A stretch of 64,000 bases of DNA from the NCBI GenBank assembly GCA_963822175.1, contig CAWGGJ010000008.1, forward strand, positions 640,388-704,387, given 5' to 3'. Source of the stretch: an uncultured Chloroflexia bacterium (GTDB lineage: Bacteria > Chloroflexota > Anaerolineae > Anaerolineales > UBA4823). Below the pieces are notes generated by a model. The model did not search any database, was not told where the DNA came from, and saw only the letters and a program-made list of their open reading frames with translations. Positions 46,337 through 57,088 of the stretch are shown here, in pieces. The translations under genes and the position numbers were made by a program. Position 1 is the stretch's first letter; each line of letters starts with the position of its first letter.

Positions 46337-47499
46337 TCTTTAGCGCGAACGCGTTTAGATATATTATCAGCCAGCTTGGCGAACTGCTGTGATGTCAGGT
46401 TGTCTGGATGTTGAATCACCAGGGGAACATTTGCTTTCGAACACTGGTAGGTAAGTTCAGGTGCAGCAGTAAAGACAATACTGATTGGATGTCGATATTC
46501 AGTTTGCACCTGCGCTAGTGAATATTGCATCTCTGTCCTCACCCGGTTGTATAAGACCGTATTAATTCTTCCTTCACCAAAGCCTTTCTTGGCTAGTTCC
46601 TCCACTAATTCCAGGCTACGCACGATTGTATTAGGAACTGGCTCCATGACAACTATGATTTCGTCACAGTGGGTAAGTATTTTATCTGTTATTGGCGTCA
46701 GTCCTGGCCCTAAATCAATCACAATATGTGAAGCCATATAAGCCAGGTATCTGGCGATCGCTTCAAAATGGTCGACAGAAATGATGTATTTTGCATTGGC
46801 TGGGTTGTAGGAAGACAATAATAACTTGACTCCTGATTTATGTAAGAAAAATTCGCCATCAATTGCATCCTGGGTGATGTTTTCGGGCGGGAGTAATAAT
46901 AACCGCGATAAACCTTCAGGATTTAAATACCCCAGGTCTAAAGCCATGCTCCCTTCACCTGGCCGAAATTCAGTAATGATCACATCCTTTTTACTACGTA
47001 ATTGCAAGCTGATCCCTAAATTCAATGCCAGTGTTGAAACACCTAATCCACCTTTAACTGCCATAACACCGGTCACATAACCTCGGTTTTTAGATTCGGG
47101 TGTTGTGGTTACTGGGGTTTGTGGTTTTTTCCCACGAGCAAGGACTGCTTTCACATGGGCGAAAAGTTCACGCGGTTGGGTTGGTTTGGTTAAATAATCA
47201 TCCGCCCCAGATTCAAATCCTTCTATTTTATCGTCCACCTGGGTTTTGGCAGTGAACATTATGATGGGTATATTCGTAGTAGTTGGATTAGCGCGCAGCT
47301 TACGAGCAACCTCATAACCATCCATGTCAGGCATCATGATATCTAATAGGACCATATCAGGTTTATCACCTTGCGTAAGAGCGATCGCTTGAATTCCGCT
47401 ATTAGCAGCAATGATCTTATAGCCTTGGTGTTGTAACATCAGCCCAACTAATCGCAATGTGTCCAAATCATCATCAACGATGAGGATTTTTTCCGCCAT
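46333..47499 (-). CDS. Response regulator receiver fused to a CpaE/TadZ-like ParA/MinD-family domain
   Basis: The receiver has ILIVDDD...DMVLLDIMMPDMDG...FTAK. The C-terminal P-loop-like motif is VKGGLGVSTLALNLG, with no Lys in the GK[ST] position. Confidence 0.85.
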   Translation of the reverse strand: MAEKILIVDDDLDTLRLVGLMLQHQGYKIIAANSGIQAIALTQGDKPDMVLLDIMMPDMDGYEVARKLRANPTTTNIPIIMFTAKTQVDDKIEGFESGADDYLTKPTQPRELFAHVKAVLARGKKPQTPVTTTPESKNRGYVTGVMAVKGGLGVSTLALNLGISLQLRSKKDVIITEFRPGEGSMALDLGYLNPEGLSRLLLLPPENITQDAIDGEFFLHKSGVKLLLSSYNPANAKYIISVDHFEAIARYLAYMASHIVIDLGPGLTPITDKILTHCDEIIVVMEPVPNTIVRSLELVEELAKKGFGEGRINTVLYNRVRTEMQYSLAQVQTEYRHPISIVFTAAPELTYQCSKANVPLVIQHPDNLTSQQFAKLADNISKRVRAKE

Positions 47500-47607
47500 G
47501 ATGCCAACTCCTTAGAATAAATTTAGTACTTTTATCACGATACAAGAGTATTACTAAATGGGCATTGAAAGAATAGCCTATTCATTATACGCTATAATTC
47601 TTTGTAG

Positions 47608-49035
47608 ATGCTCAAAAATATACCATTTATTTTACAATACGATTGTATATTGCAGCCTGAAGACCTTTTATTGGTCGGTGTTTCAGGGGGACCAGATAGT
47701 TTATGTCTGTTGCATGTATTACACCAAATTGGATATCCACTTATTGCAGTCCATGTAAATCATGGACTACGCCCTGAGGCAGATACTGAGGTAATAAACG
47801 TTGAAGAATTAACCCACCAGCTAAATGTAAAATTAGTTTCATGCCAGGCTGATGTATTAGGGTATTCACAAGAAAATTTAGTTTCAGTGGAAGAGGCTGC
47901 ACGTATTTTGCGTTATCGCATCCTTTTTGAGCAAGCAAAAATCCACAAGGCGCATGCAGTTGTGGTGGGTCATAATGCAGATGATCAGGTTGAAACCATA
48001 TTAATGCATTTGATCCGAGGCTCAGGTCTTGCTGGATTGAAAGGAATGGAATATCGGATATTACCCAATCCTTGGAGTGAGGTTATCCCGCTCGTTCGAC
48101 CTTTCCTATCCATATCGCGGGTCGATATCCAGAGGTATATTGTTGAGCATGCTCTCGTACCGATCTTGGATCGAAGCAATCTGGATATATCGTTCTTCCG
48201 CAACAGGATCAGGCATGAATTATTACCGGTTCTTGAAAGCTATAATCCATCCATTCGGCATGCATTATTACGGTTGGGACAGGTAGTAAAAGATGACTAC
48301 GCGTTGTTACAGAAATTAACTGAGGATTCCTGGGAATCGATATTAATCCAGAAAGGAGAATCATATCTAGAATTTAATAAAACCGAATTTATATCACTGC
48401 CGCTCTCCATTCAACGACTATTATTGCGAAAGGCAATCGCTTATCATCGCCCTGGACTCATTGATGTGGAATTTGACTGTATCGAACGAGGATTGGCACT
48501 TATTGCGGCAGACAAGTCAAGCACTCAGATGGATATGATTTCCGGTTTACGGTTGATCATTGAGAATCAATATTTCTGGTTGGCAGCATGGCATGCAGAC
48601 CTGCCAGGGAATGACTTTCCAAGGGTTTCACCAGGCGAGGGAAGGGTTTTACTAATCCCATCGTTGAATTTGCTGAATGATGACTGGAAATTGGAAGTAG
48701 AGCAGATCATTGACCTGGAATTGTCATATCAAGAAAGTCAGCTTAATTCCGACCCCTATCAAGCCTGGATGGATATCGGAGAATTGAAACATCCATTAAT
48801 TGTTCGTTCCCGTGAACCTGGAGATAAGGTTCAACCGCTAGGTATGAATGGACATTCAATAAAATTATCTGATTTAATGATCAATCTCAAGCTGCCTAAA
48901 CGGATTAGGTCATCCTGGCCACTCGTCTGTTCGGGAGATGAAATATTGTGGGTACCAGGCTTTCGATTAAGCCATCTGGTAAGACTCAATCAAAACACTA
49001 AAAAAGCCATTCACCTGAAACTATTCTGTAATTGA
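47608..49035 (+). CDS. tilS: tRNA(Ile)-lysidine synthase
   Basis: It has the PP-loop LVGVSGGPDS, HNADDQVET and a C-terminal TilS domain. Confidence 0.9.
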   Translation: MLKNIPFILQYDCILQPEDLLLVGVSGGPDSLCLLHVLHQIGYPLIAVHVNHGLRPEADTEVINVEELTHQLNVKLVSCQADVLGYSQENLVSVEEAARILRYRILFEQAKIHKAHAVVVGHNADDQVETILMHLIRGSGLAGLKGMEYRILPNPWSEVIPLVRPFLSISRVDIQRYIVEHALVPILDRSNLDISFFRNRIRHELLPVLESYNPSIRHALLRLGQVVKDDYALLQKLTEDSWESILIQKGESYLEFNKTEFISLPLSIQRLLLRKAIAYHRPGLIDVEFDCIERGLALIAADKSSTQMDMISGLRLIIENQYFWLAAWHADLPGNDFPRVSPGEGRVLLIPSLNLLNDDWKLEVEQIIDLELSYQESQLNSDPYQAWMDIGELKHPLIVRSREPGDKVQPLGMNGHSIKLSDLMINLKLPKRIRSSWPLVCSGDEILWVPGFRLSHLVRLNQNTKKAIHLKLFCN

Positions 49036-49926
49036 ACCACCTAATTTCTGCAGTTTTAGCCTTACTTCCCGCCATTGAATCTTGGAGAGACCCATTTTTT
49101 GGCGTACCTTGTTCGATTCCATACCATTTTTAATGTCACTCAAAGCACAGGTCCATCGGCACATCTCAAAGGAAAGATGTTTTGTAAGGCCTGCTTCTTC
49201 ACCAAGGTCTTCAAGGAGATATTCAAGACGTCGTTGCGACCATGGAAACACCCGGTCACTAACCTGATATTGTTGTTTATACTCTTGAAATGCATTTATC
49301 CACTCTTCCGATATTGGAATATTACGTTCCTTGTAGCGGTGTTGAGGACTGGCGTATCGAACAAAGATCAGAGGGCCATTGGTTTTATCTAAATCAATAT
49401 GGTTGGGACTGAGCGCAAGGCATTCACTCTTTTTTATGCCAGTCTCCAATAATAGGGCTAGAAGGGTGTAATAGCGTGCATCTGGCTGTATTGCATGCCT
49501 ATAATTGCTGGCCACTTTTAGCACAGCTTCCGTTTCTTCTGCAGTGAGTACCTGGGGAAGGGGACTGATCACTGATTGTTGTAATACTTTTTCAGCGGGG
49601 TCGACCAGTATTACCCCGTATTGTAACAGCCAGCGGAAAAATGCTTTGATCGAGGTAATACGCCTGGCTAAAGTTTTAGGGCTGCATGGAACCCCACGAT
49701 GTTTCTGCATCCAATCAAGGAAATTATTCAGCTCATTCGTGGTGATGGCACCCAGTGGCCTGTCAGGAGGCAGATAGGCTGCTAGGAGCAGCAGATCAGC
49801 AATGAAAGCTTTAATGGTGTGGGGGGATTTTCCCTGGTCGTTCAGGTAAATTCTCCAGAAGTTAATTGCAGGGACAAGGGGTGTATGGGCATTAACATGG
49901 GAAGGGATTTTGGTTTCTGGTGACAT
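49021..49926 (-). CDS. Tyrosine-recombinase (XerC/D, phage-integrase) fold protein with degenerate active site
   Basis: It has an N-terminal SAM-like core-binding region (YLNDQGKSPHTIKAF..DL) and a catalytic-domain layout. However, TGIKKSE replaces TGxRxSE and there is no Tyr in the last 47 residues. Confidence 0.65.
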   Translation of the reverse strand: MSPETKIPSHVNAHTPLVPAINFWRIYLNDQGKSPHTIKAFIADLLLLAAYLPPDRPLGAITTNELNNFLDWMQKHRGVPCSPKTLARRITSIKAFFRWLLQYGVILVDPAEKVLQQSVISPLPQVLTAEETEAVLKVASNYRHAIQPDARYYTLLALLLETGIKKSECLALSPNHIDLDKTNGPLIFVRYASPQHRYKERNIPISEEWINAFQEYKQQYQVSDRVFPWSQRRLEYLLEDLGEEAGLTKHLSFEMCRWTCALSDIKNGMESNKVRQKMGLSKIQWREVRLKLQKLGGSITE

Positions 49927-50085
49927 GCTTCCTCCAGGAGGGCTTGCGTATAGAATATTCGTATAGCCGATATCTCAGTTTAGCGTAATACCACTGGTTT
50001 GTCAACCAAAATCGGGTCCAATTAAATCCCAATAATTATGAAATTTATTCAAGCCAAGCTATGAATTCGGCGGAAATTAGCAGGT

Positions 50086-50643
50086 TTACCCGGCAAGACC
50101 TAGTTCAGGAGCAATGGTCCGCATCGCCAGGATCACATTTCCGACATGTTCCCAAAGATCGATATCAAATTCCTCGGCTGCTTTTGTTATTTCATCCCTG
50201 TTGGCACCGGCAGCAAAGGCTCGGTCTTTCCACTTCTTTTTTACCGAACTAGCTTCCAGGTCTGATAAGGAACGGGATGGTCGAACGAGAGCAACCGCTG
50301 TGATCAAGCCGGTAATCTCGTCGCAAGCGTAGAGAGCTTTTTCCATTCGGGTTTGCCTGGGCACGCCGGTATGATCAGCATGACTCAAAACAGCGTGAAT
50401 GATTTCCTCGGGTACACCTTTTTCATGCAGGATAGAAGCACCGGCAAGTGGATGTTCTTCCAAAGTTGGGTGTATCTCCCAATCAAAGTCATGCAAGATA
50501 CCAGTGATTCCCCAGGTTTCTTGATCTTCGTTGAATTTGGCTGCATAGAACCGCATGGCAGCTTCCACAGCCAGCATGTGCCTGACGAGGTTTTCATTTT
50601 TTACATACTCGTGTACGATCTCGAGTGCTTCAGCTCGGTTCAT
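50086..50643 (-). CDS. HD/HDIG-domain metal-dependent phosphohydrolase
   Basis: H...HD (GILHDFD) and later His/Asp residues are typical of HD-superfamily proteins. The ORF is 185 aa. Confidence 0.78.
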   Translation of the reverse strand: MNRAEALEIVHEYVKNENLVRHMLAVEAAMRFYAAKFNEDQETWGITGILHDFDWEIHPTLEEHPLAGASILHEKGVPEEIIHAVLSHADHTGVPRQTRMEKALYACDEITGLITAVALVRPSRSLSDLEASSVKKKWKDRAFAAGANRDEITKAAEEFDIDLWEHVGNVILAMRTIAPELGLAG

Positions 50644-50693
50644 TCTGGCTCCTTATAATCAGAACTTGCAGTGTAAATTGATAAGCATTATTC

Positions 50694-51356
50694 TTACTGA
50701 TTCGTTTCTGGAAAAATTGGCTCAGGTTCTCCTAAAACAGGTTCAGTCTGCAGGATGTATAGATCTAAGAATGCAGTCAATGTGGCAGGTAGCTCACGTA
50801 GATTCCAATAGACTTGAGACGCCGTACGGTACTCACGACGGTCAGAAGACACACCAACCGCTTTCAAGCCAAGCATATTGCAGGTGAATAGTGCCCGGGG
50901 TAAGTGGAAGCTTTGGGTGACCAGGACTGCTTGTTGAACACCAAAAATGGTACGAGCACGATAGCAGGTATCGTATGTGCGTCGGCCTGCATAATCCAGT
51001 ACGATAGCATCTTCAGGTACACCCAGGCTAATGGCATAGTCAGACATCGCACCAGGCTCATTGTAATCCAGGAAGCGATTATCACCGCTCATCAAGATTT
51101 TTTTAACTTTTCCTGCAAAGTATAGTTCCGCAGCGGTGCTAATCCGATCCCGTAAAACACTGGTGGGTGTACCATCCCTCCAGAGACCAGCACCGAAAAC
51201 AATGGCAACGGGCTGGGTGGGTAGATCATTAGCGGCATAGATGCGCGGTAAAGTATACAGGGCTGTGATCAATCGCGGTAGGATTAGTATTGCCAATCCC
51301 AAAACAAAAGCATATTTTATTATTTTTATGATCACTTTAATGGCTTTATTCAACAC
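50694..51356 (-). CDS. DUF218 (SanA/YdcF/ElyC-like) membrane-anchored protein
   Basis: It has an N-terminal TM anchor and the DUF218 core AIVFGAG..., ILMSGDN and YDTCYRA. Confidence 0.78.
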   Translation of the reverse strand: MLNKAIKVIIKIIKYAFVLGLAILILPRLITALYTLPRIYAANDLPTQPVAIVFGAGLWRDGTPTSVLRDRISTAAELYFAGKVKKILMSGDNRFLDYNEPGAMSDYAISLGVPEDAIVLDYAGRRTYDTCYRARTIFGVQQAVLVTQSFHLPRALFTCNMLGLKAVGVSSDRREYRTASQVYWNLRELPATLTAFLDLYILQTEPVLGEPEPIFPETNQ

Positions 51357-51447
51357 GCGCCTATTCTACCATGAAGATATTTCTCGAATTCTGTAACAAC
51401 CATTTCCCCTTCCCTAGAGAACAGCTAACGGTTACAATCTTTTAACC

Positions 51448-52794
51448 ATGAATGACGACAATGATGCATATATCACCGCACTAAATTACCTATATAGTTT
51501 TGTCGATTTCAGCTTACAAAAAGCCACGACCTATTCTCCTGCCAGGTTCAAACTTGAGCGGATGCAAGCCCTGGTTAATTCTCTTGGTAATCCCGAAAAT
51601 GCATTCCCATGCATCCACGTGGCAGGCACAAAAGGGAAGGGATCAGTTTCAGTATTATGTGCCAGCGCATTACATAATGCTGGGTATAAGGTCGGTCTGT
51701 ATACGTCTCCACATCTCGATGATTATGCAGAGCGGATTCAAATTGATGGAGAGTTCATCCCCCATTCTGACCTGGCTGAATTGGTTGATGAGATAAAACC
51801 TTATGTTGAAGCTATCCCTGAACTGACCACTTTTGAAATCACAACAGCTCTTGCGTTCATGTATTTTAATAAGCAAAACGTAACTGCAGCTGTCATCGAA
51901 GTTGGCCTTGGAGGTCGCCTGGATGCCACCAACATTATCACACCAGAAGTAAGCGTAATTACCTCGATTTCCTTTGATCATACATACCTATTGGGTGATA
52001 CCCTGGGTGAGATCGCAGGTGAAAAAGCTGGAATCATTAAACCGGGAATACCTGTGGTAGTGGCACCTCAGGAAGAAGAAGCTCGCATGGTAATTGAAAA
52101 AATTGCCGGTGAACGCAGTTGCTCACTATTACTGGTGGGCAGGGATATTTTATTTGAAGAGGTAACACACACTATGGAAGGGCAGAGTTTCCGTATCTGG
52201 CAGCCTGAAATGAAAGGTCATGGCCCGATGGTGTTATCCATACCACTTTTAGGACCACACCAGGTAACCAATGCAGCTGTTGCATACGCAGCTCTAACGA
52301 TATTTGACCAAAAGGGATATAAAGTTGGTCTGGAAGCGATTACAAACGGATTTGCAAATGCGTTCTGGCCTGGGCGATTCGAAGTTATTCAGAGAAAGCC
52401 TGCGGTAATCCTCGATTGTGCTCATAACAGAGATTCTGCTCAAAAATTGCGCATTACTCTAGAAGAATATTTCCCAGGTAAACATATCATAATGATCTTT
52501 GGTGCCTCAGAAGATAAAGATATACAAGGAATGTTTCTCGAGCTGATGCCGGTATTGAGCGAGCTTATTGTGGTTAAGTCATTTCACCCGCGGGCGATTG
52601 AGCCTGCCAAATTGGTAGAATTGGCAAAACCATTTAATCACCCAGTTCACATTGTTGACCATATCCCTGAGGCTTTGGAAAAAGGATTGCAGCTAACTGG
52701 TGATAACGAGGTGGTTCTGGTGACTGGGAGTATTTTTGTTGTGGCAGAAGCACGAAAATATTTGGAAAAGAAAGTAAATATCAGGAGATATTAA
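51448..52794 (+). CDS. folC: Bifunctional folylpolyglutamate synthase / dihydrofolate synthase
   Basis: It has the Mur-ligase-family P-loop HVAGTKGKGS, EVGLGGRLDATN and DCAHN. Confidence 0.9.
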   Translation: MNDDNDAYITALNYLYSFVDFSLQKATTYSPARFKLERMQALVNSLGNPENAFPCIHVAGTKGKGSVSVLCASALHNAGYKVGLYTSPHLDDYAERIQIDGEFIPHSDLAELVDEIKPYVEAIPELTTFEITTALAFMYFNKQNVTAAVIEVGLGGRLDATNIITPEVSVITSISFDHTYLLGDTLGEIAGEKAGIIKPGIPVVVAPQEEEARMVIEKIAGERSCSLLLVGRDILFEEVTHTMEGQSFRIWQPEMKGHGPMVLSIPLLGPHQVTNAAVAYAALTIFDQKGYKVGLEAITNGFANAFWPGRFEVIQRKPAVILDCAHNRDSAQKLRITLEEYFPGKHIIMIFGASEDKDIQGMFLELMPVLSELIVVKSFHPRAIEPAKLVELAKPFNHPVHIVDHIPEALEKGLQLTGDNEVVLVTGSIFVVAEARKYLEKKVNIRRY

Positions 52795-55316
52795 TGAAAG
52801 ATAGCGATTGGTATTATCACGACGATGATGACGATTTTGGTGAAGCAGTCCATCGTCGTACAGAAGAATTATATAAGGTCCCCGATGCAATAATTGGCGA
52901 AGATGGCTTAATCGAGTGCCCGGTTTTACCATTACGTGACCTGGTGATCTATCCGCATATGGTTGCTCCAATATTCGTCGGTCGTGAAGCATCCTTGCTT
53001 GCCATTGAGGAAGCCCAGATGGACAATCGCACCATGATCGCTTTATGCCAGAGTGATCCATCCATCGATAACCCTTTGGAGAAGGATTTCATATCGGTGG
53101 GCGTTGAAGTTGCTGTCGGACGGATGATCAGCATGCCAGATGGATCATCCTCAGCATTGGCACAGGGTCGGCACAGAGTGAAAGTTGTCCAGTTTATCCA
53201 ACAGGATCCATTTATGGTGGCACGAGCGCGTCCGTTGCATGATAGTGCCCGCCTGGATCGTGAGATCGACGCAACCATGCGAACTGCTTTGGAGCTATTT
53301 CAAAAATGTGTGCAACTTAATCGCAGCCTACCTGATGAAGCCTATTTATATGCTTTGAACATAGAAGAGCCGGGATGGTTGGCTGATATGATTGTTACCA
53401 CTATTGGCCCCTCGATGGAAGAGCGATTAAAACTACTACAATTACTCGATCCTTCTGAACGCTTAAAGTATGTGGTTGCCTTATTAGCTCAGGAAGTGGA
53501 TGTTCTTGAGCTAGAAGATCAAATTCACACCCGTGCCCAAAGTGAAGTAGATCGCACGCAGCGCGAGTTTTATCTACGGGAACAGTTGCGGATTATCCAG
53601 GCTGAGCTGGGTGAATCTGACCCATGGGTGCGCGAAATATCAGACTTACGAAAACGAGTGGAAGGCATCAGCCTGCCTGAAGAAGTCATGCTTCGCGCTT
53701 TAAAGGAAATCGATCGGTTGAATCAGATGCCTGCCATGTCTCCAGAGGTGGGTATCATACGAACATATATCGACTGGATTCTTGACCTGCCATGGATGAC
53801 GACCACAGAAGATAACCTGGATGTATCTCATGCAGGTGAAATCCTTGAGCAATATCATTACGGATTGCCACGCGCCAAGGACCGCATCCTTGAGTATATT
53901 GCCGTCAAAAGTTTAAGACCAAAGCGCTCAAAACAACCAATTCTCTGCTTTGTAGGCCCGCCTGGAACGGGAAAAACATCACTCGGTCGATCAATCGCTG
54001 AAGCATTGGGTCGAAAATTCGTGCGTTTGTCATTGGGAGGGGTGAGGGATGAGGCCGAGATTCGCGGGCACCGGCGGACATATATTGGTGCACTCCCTGG
54101 ACGAATTTTACAGACCATGCGCAGGGCTGGTACGGTCAATCCATTATTCATGCTGGATGAGGTGGATAAACTTGGGCAGGATTTTCGCGGAGATCCATCA
54201 TCTGCGTTATTGGAAGTGCTAGATCCGGAGCAAAACCATACTTTCTCAGACCATTATCTCGAACTGGCTTATGACCTATCTAAAGTAATGTTTATCACCA
54301 CCGCCAACTATATTGGTCCTGTACCCCCGGCGTTACTTGATCGCATGGAGATCATTGAATTTCCCGGCTATATCGAGGAAGAAAAACTGGAGATTGCCCA
54401 CCGATTTTTACTTCCACGCCAGCTGGAGGAAGCCGGATTGGATGGCGATAAGCTCCAATTTCAAGACCAGGCATTACAACGCATCATCCGTGAATACACT
54501 TATGAGGCTGGGGTACGTAATTTTGAGCGTGAGATTGGCATGGTCTGTAGAAAGATTGCGCGGGCAAAAGCCCAAGGTAAACATTATCCAACCAGGGTCA
54601 CGCCAGCCGCAATGGAAAAATTCCTTGGACCTCCGCAATTCTTCAATCTGGAAGCTGAGCGCCAAGATGAAGTGGGGGTTGCAACCGCGATCGCCTGGAC
54701 AGAAAATGGTGGTGAGATAATGCCTGTGGAAGTATTGCTAATGGATGGCAAAGGTAACCTTCAGATCACCGGGCAGATCGGTAATGTCATGCAGGAATTT
54801 GCTCAGGCAGCACTTTCTTATCTGAAATCGCGCTCTCGGCAATTTGGAATTGACCCTGAGGTTTATGAAAACCTGGATATCCACATACATATCCCGGAAG
54901 GTGCCATTCCCAAGGATGGTCCCAGCGCAGGAATTACAATTTGTACTGCGTTGATTTCCGCCTACACGGGGCGGGAAGTTAGAAAAGACGTGGGCATGAC
55001 CGGTGAGATCACCCTCAGAGGTCATGTTCTACCTGTGGGTGGGATTCGTGAGAAATTCTTGTCAGCCCACCGTTCAGGTTTAAAGACAGTGATCATGCCG
55101 AAACGAAATGCCAAGGATTTGATCGATGTTCCCAAACGCGCCAGGAATGAGATGCACCTTGTTTTAGTAGATCATATCGATCAGGTGCTCGAGGTAGCTT
55201 TACGACCTCTAAAATCCGAGGCAAATCATCATCAACGTGTGTCTCGGAAATCAAAGAAAAAAGCAGAGGATAAGGTTGTTGAAGCAACCCAGGTGTCAAA
55301 TCCTGATCCCAGGTAA
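52794..55316 (+). CDS. lon: ATP-dependent Lon protease
   Basis: It has the LON N-domain, the AAA+ Walker [10 protein letters not shown], Walker B MLDEVDK and the protease Ser [10 protein letters not shown] with the downstream Lys. Confidence 0.96.
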   Translation: MKDSDWYYHDDDDDFGEAVHRRTEELYKVPDAIIGEDGLIECPVLPLRDLVIYPHMVAPIFVGREASLLAIEEAQMDNRTMIALCQSDPSIDNPLEKDFISVGVEVAVGRMISMPDGSSSALAQGRHRVKVVQFIQQDPFMVARARPLHDSARLDREIDATMRTALELFQKCVQLNRSLPDEAYLYALNIEEPGWLADMIVTTIGPSMEERLKLLQLLDPSERLKYVVALLAQEVDVLELEDQIHTRAQSEVDRTQREFYLREQLRIIQAELGESDPWVREISDLRKRVEGISLPEEVMLRALKEIDRLNQMPAMSPEVGIIRTYIDWILDLPWMTTTEDNLDVSHAGEILEQYHYGLPRAKDRILEYIAVKSLRPKRSKQPILCFVGPPGTGKTSLGRSIAEALGRKFVRLSLGGVRDEAEIRGHRRTYIGALPGRILQTMRRAGTVNPLFMLDEVDKLGQDFRGDPSSALLEVLDPEQNHTFSDHYLELAYDLSKVMFITTANYIGPVPPALLDRMEIIEFPGYIEEEKLEIAHRFLLPRQLEEAGLDGDKLQFQDQALQRIIREYTYEAGVRNFEREIGMVCRKIARAKAQGKHYPTRVTPAAMEKFLGPPQFFNLEAERQDEVGVATAIAWTENGGEIMPVEVLLMDGKGNLQITGQIGNVMQEFAQAALSYLKSRSRQFGIDPEVYENLDIHIHIPEGAIPKDGPSAGITICTALISAYTGREVRKDVGMTGEITLRGHVLPVGGIREKFLSAHRSGLKTVIMPKRNAKDLIDVPKRARNEMHLVLVDHIDQVLEVALRPLKSEANHHQRVSRKSKKKAEDKVVEATQVSNPDPR

Positions 55317-55526
55317 TTAATCTATCTACAAACGACAAATCACAAAATACCCCTACATTTCCTAAAAGTAAATGATATGGACCTGATCCATAATCATATG
55401 GAGACGGGAATGTTGGTATGAATTTAACCTGGTGAGATAAGTAGAAATGATACCAACTTGGATCAAGAAAAAATCAATAATATTAGCCTACAAATGTTAA
55501 TTAGCTCATCAAATGGATAACATCAT

Positions 55527-56670
55527 TCAGGGGCACTCGTTAGCTACATGCTCTTCAAATGATTCAGCAAACAGATGATATCCCGATCCATCACAGGCAG
55601 AACGAAAATAGAAGTAGGGTGTTTGGGCTGGAAATGCAACAGCCTCAAGCGCAGATTGCCCTGGGTTGGAAATTGGTCCAGGGGGAAGTCCGTTATATAT
55701 ATATGAATTATAGGGAGAGTCCACCTTCAAATCCTGCAGGGTGAGTGGATTTGTCCACCAGGTGTGTTGTTCCTGGTTATACCCCAAGGCATACTGGACG
55801 GTTGGATCAGATGCCAATGTACTACCTGCATCTAATCGATTATAGAAAACAGATGCAATTTGTGGCATCTCGTCATCCTGCATAGCTTCACGCTCCACAA
55901 TGGAAGCCAGTGTAACCGCCTGGCATAGATTCAAGCCTTGTGAGCTATAGCCATTCCGCATCTCCGAGGTGACATTGCTTTCAAAATCCATCAAAATCCG
56001 TGAAAGTACCTCACTCATCGTGGTTTCACGAAGTAATACGTAGCTCGACGGATATAAAAAACCTTCCAGGTTATTTTCAGCCAGGCAACCAGAAAAGCTG
56101 TATCCTTCAGGTTGTTGATTCACTGCCTGCAGAAATTCTTCGGGGGTTATAGTTAACCCTGTGCTGGGTAATGAGCTGGCAATTTCCTCACTACGCCATC
56201 CCGGTAATATCGTTAAAAGTTACATAGGGTGAATTGGAGATTTGCATTTCTTTTACGATGTCAATAACTGACATTGCTGGGCTAAATCGGTATTCACGAG
56301 CTTGTAGCTGTGTATCCAGACCTGAATACTGCAGGTAATTACGAAACAAACCTGGATCCGATATTAAACCTGCCTTATAAAGCTTCTCGATAATGGATGG
56401 CACAGATTCTCCCTGGTCAATGGTAATGCTTACGTCAGAACCGTTGGAATTGATCGGCTGAGTAAGGTCTTTGTATCGAAGGACAAGCAATGTGGAGAGA
56501 TACAAGCGCTCGGTAGCACTTAACTGAGGGGTGGGGGTTCCAATGAGTTGTTCTGCTCGCTTGCTAATAATCTGCGGAACCAAAATGATAGAAACGAACA
56601 AAATACAAACAAAGAGGATGAACAAAAGGAAGCAGGTTACAACCCGTGAGCGAGGATGATGCTGAGCCAT
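55527..56670 (-). pseudogene. mltG: Endolytic murein transglycosylase MltG (YceG-like), frame broken
   Basis: The N-terminal ORF 56191..56670 (TM anchor, LysM-like part) stops at ...PYVTFNDITGMA*. The next frame continues LTILPGWRSEEIASSL... into 55527..56123 (ASIVEREA, YNSY...GLPPGPISNPG). Removing one base from the A4 run at 56215-56218 (plus strand) restores one ORF. Confidence 0.85.
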
Positions 56671-56674
56671 ATGA

Positions 56675-57088
56675 TTATTTCACGTTTTCATCCAGATAGG
56701 ATTGCAGGATGATAGCGGCTGCCAGGTCATCCAGGTGACCATGCCGTTTTTTACGAGTTGTACTCAGCGCTATTCGAGCGCTCCGGGCTTGTTGTGTGCT
56801 AAAACTCTCATCCCAAAATAACACTTGAAGCTCACTCTGTTGGTGGATGGCTTCAGCCAGATGATCTGCTTGCTTGCTTTGAAGTGTGGATGCTCCATCT
56901 TCGTCCAGGGATTTTCCGATAATAATGATTCCTACCTGGTTTTGATGCGCAAGATCTGCTATCGCTGCCGCATCCAACCGGCGGGAAATATGCTTTAACA
57001 CCACCAGAGGGCTGGCAATCGTGCCTGTCGGATCGCTAATGGCGATCCCAATGTTCTTTTCACCCGGATCTACAGCTAATATTCTCAC
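56675..57088 (-). CDS. ruvX: Putative pre-16S rRNA nuclease / Holliday-junction-resolvase-like RuvX (YqgF)
   Basis: It has VRILAVDPGEKNIGIAISD. I chose the GTG start at 57088 because it overlaps the upstream stop (GTGA). The ORF track extends to 57145. Confidence 0.85.
   Translation of the reverse strand: MRILAVDPGEKNIGIAISDPTGTIASPLVVLKHISRRLDAAAIADLAHQNQVGIIIIGKSLDEDGASTLQSKQADHLAEAIHQQSELQVLFWDESFSTQQARSARIALSTTRKKRHGHLDDLAAAIILQSYLDENVK

Noticed and set aside
49927-50085. A tRNA gene or tRNA-fragment att site next to the integrase-like gene (sequence ...TCTCAGTTTAGCG...GGTCCAATTAAATCCC...).
   Set aside because: I could not fold it into a cloverleaf. There is no complementary acceptor stem, the candidate anticodon hairpin has a 4-nt loop, and the T-arm-like segment lacks the GTTCRANYC consensus.
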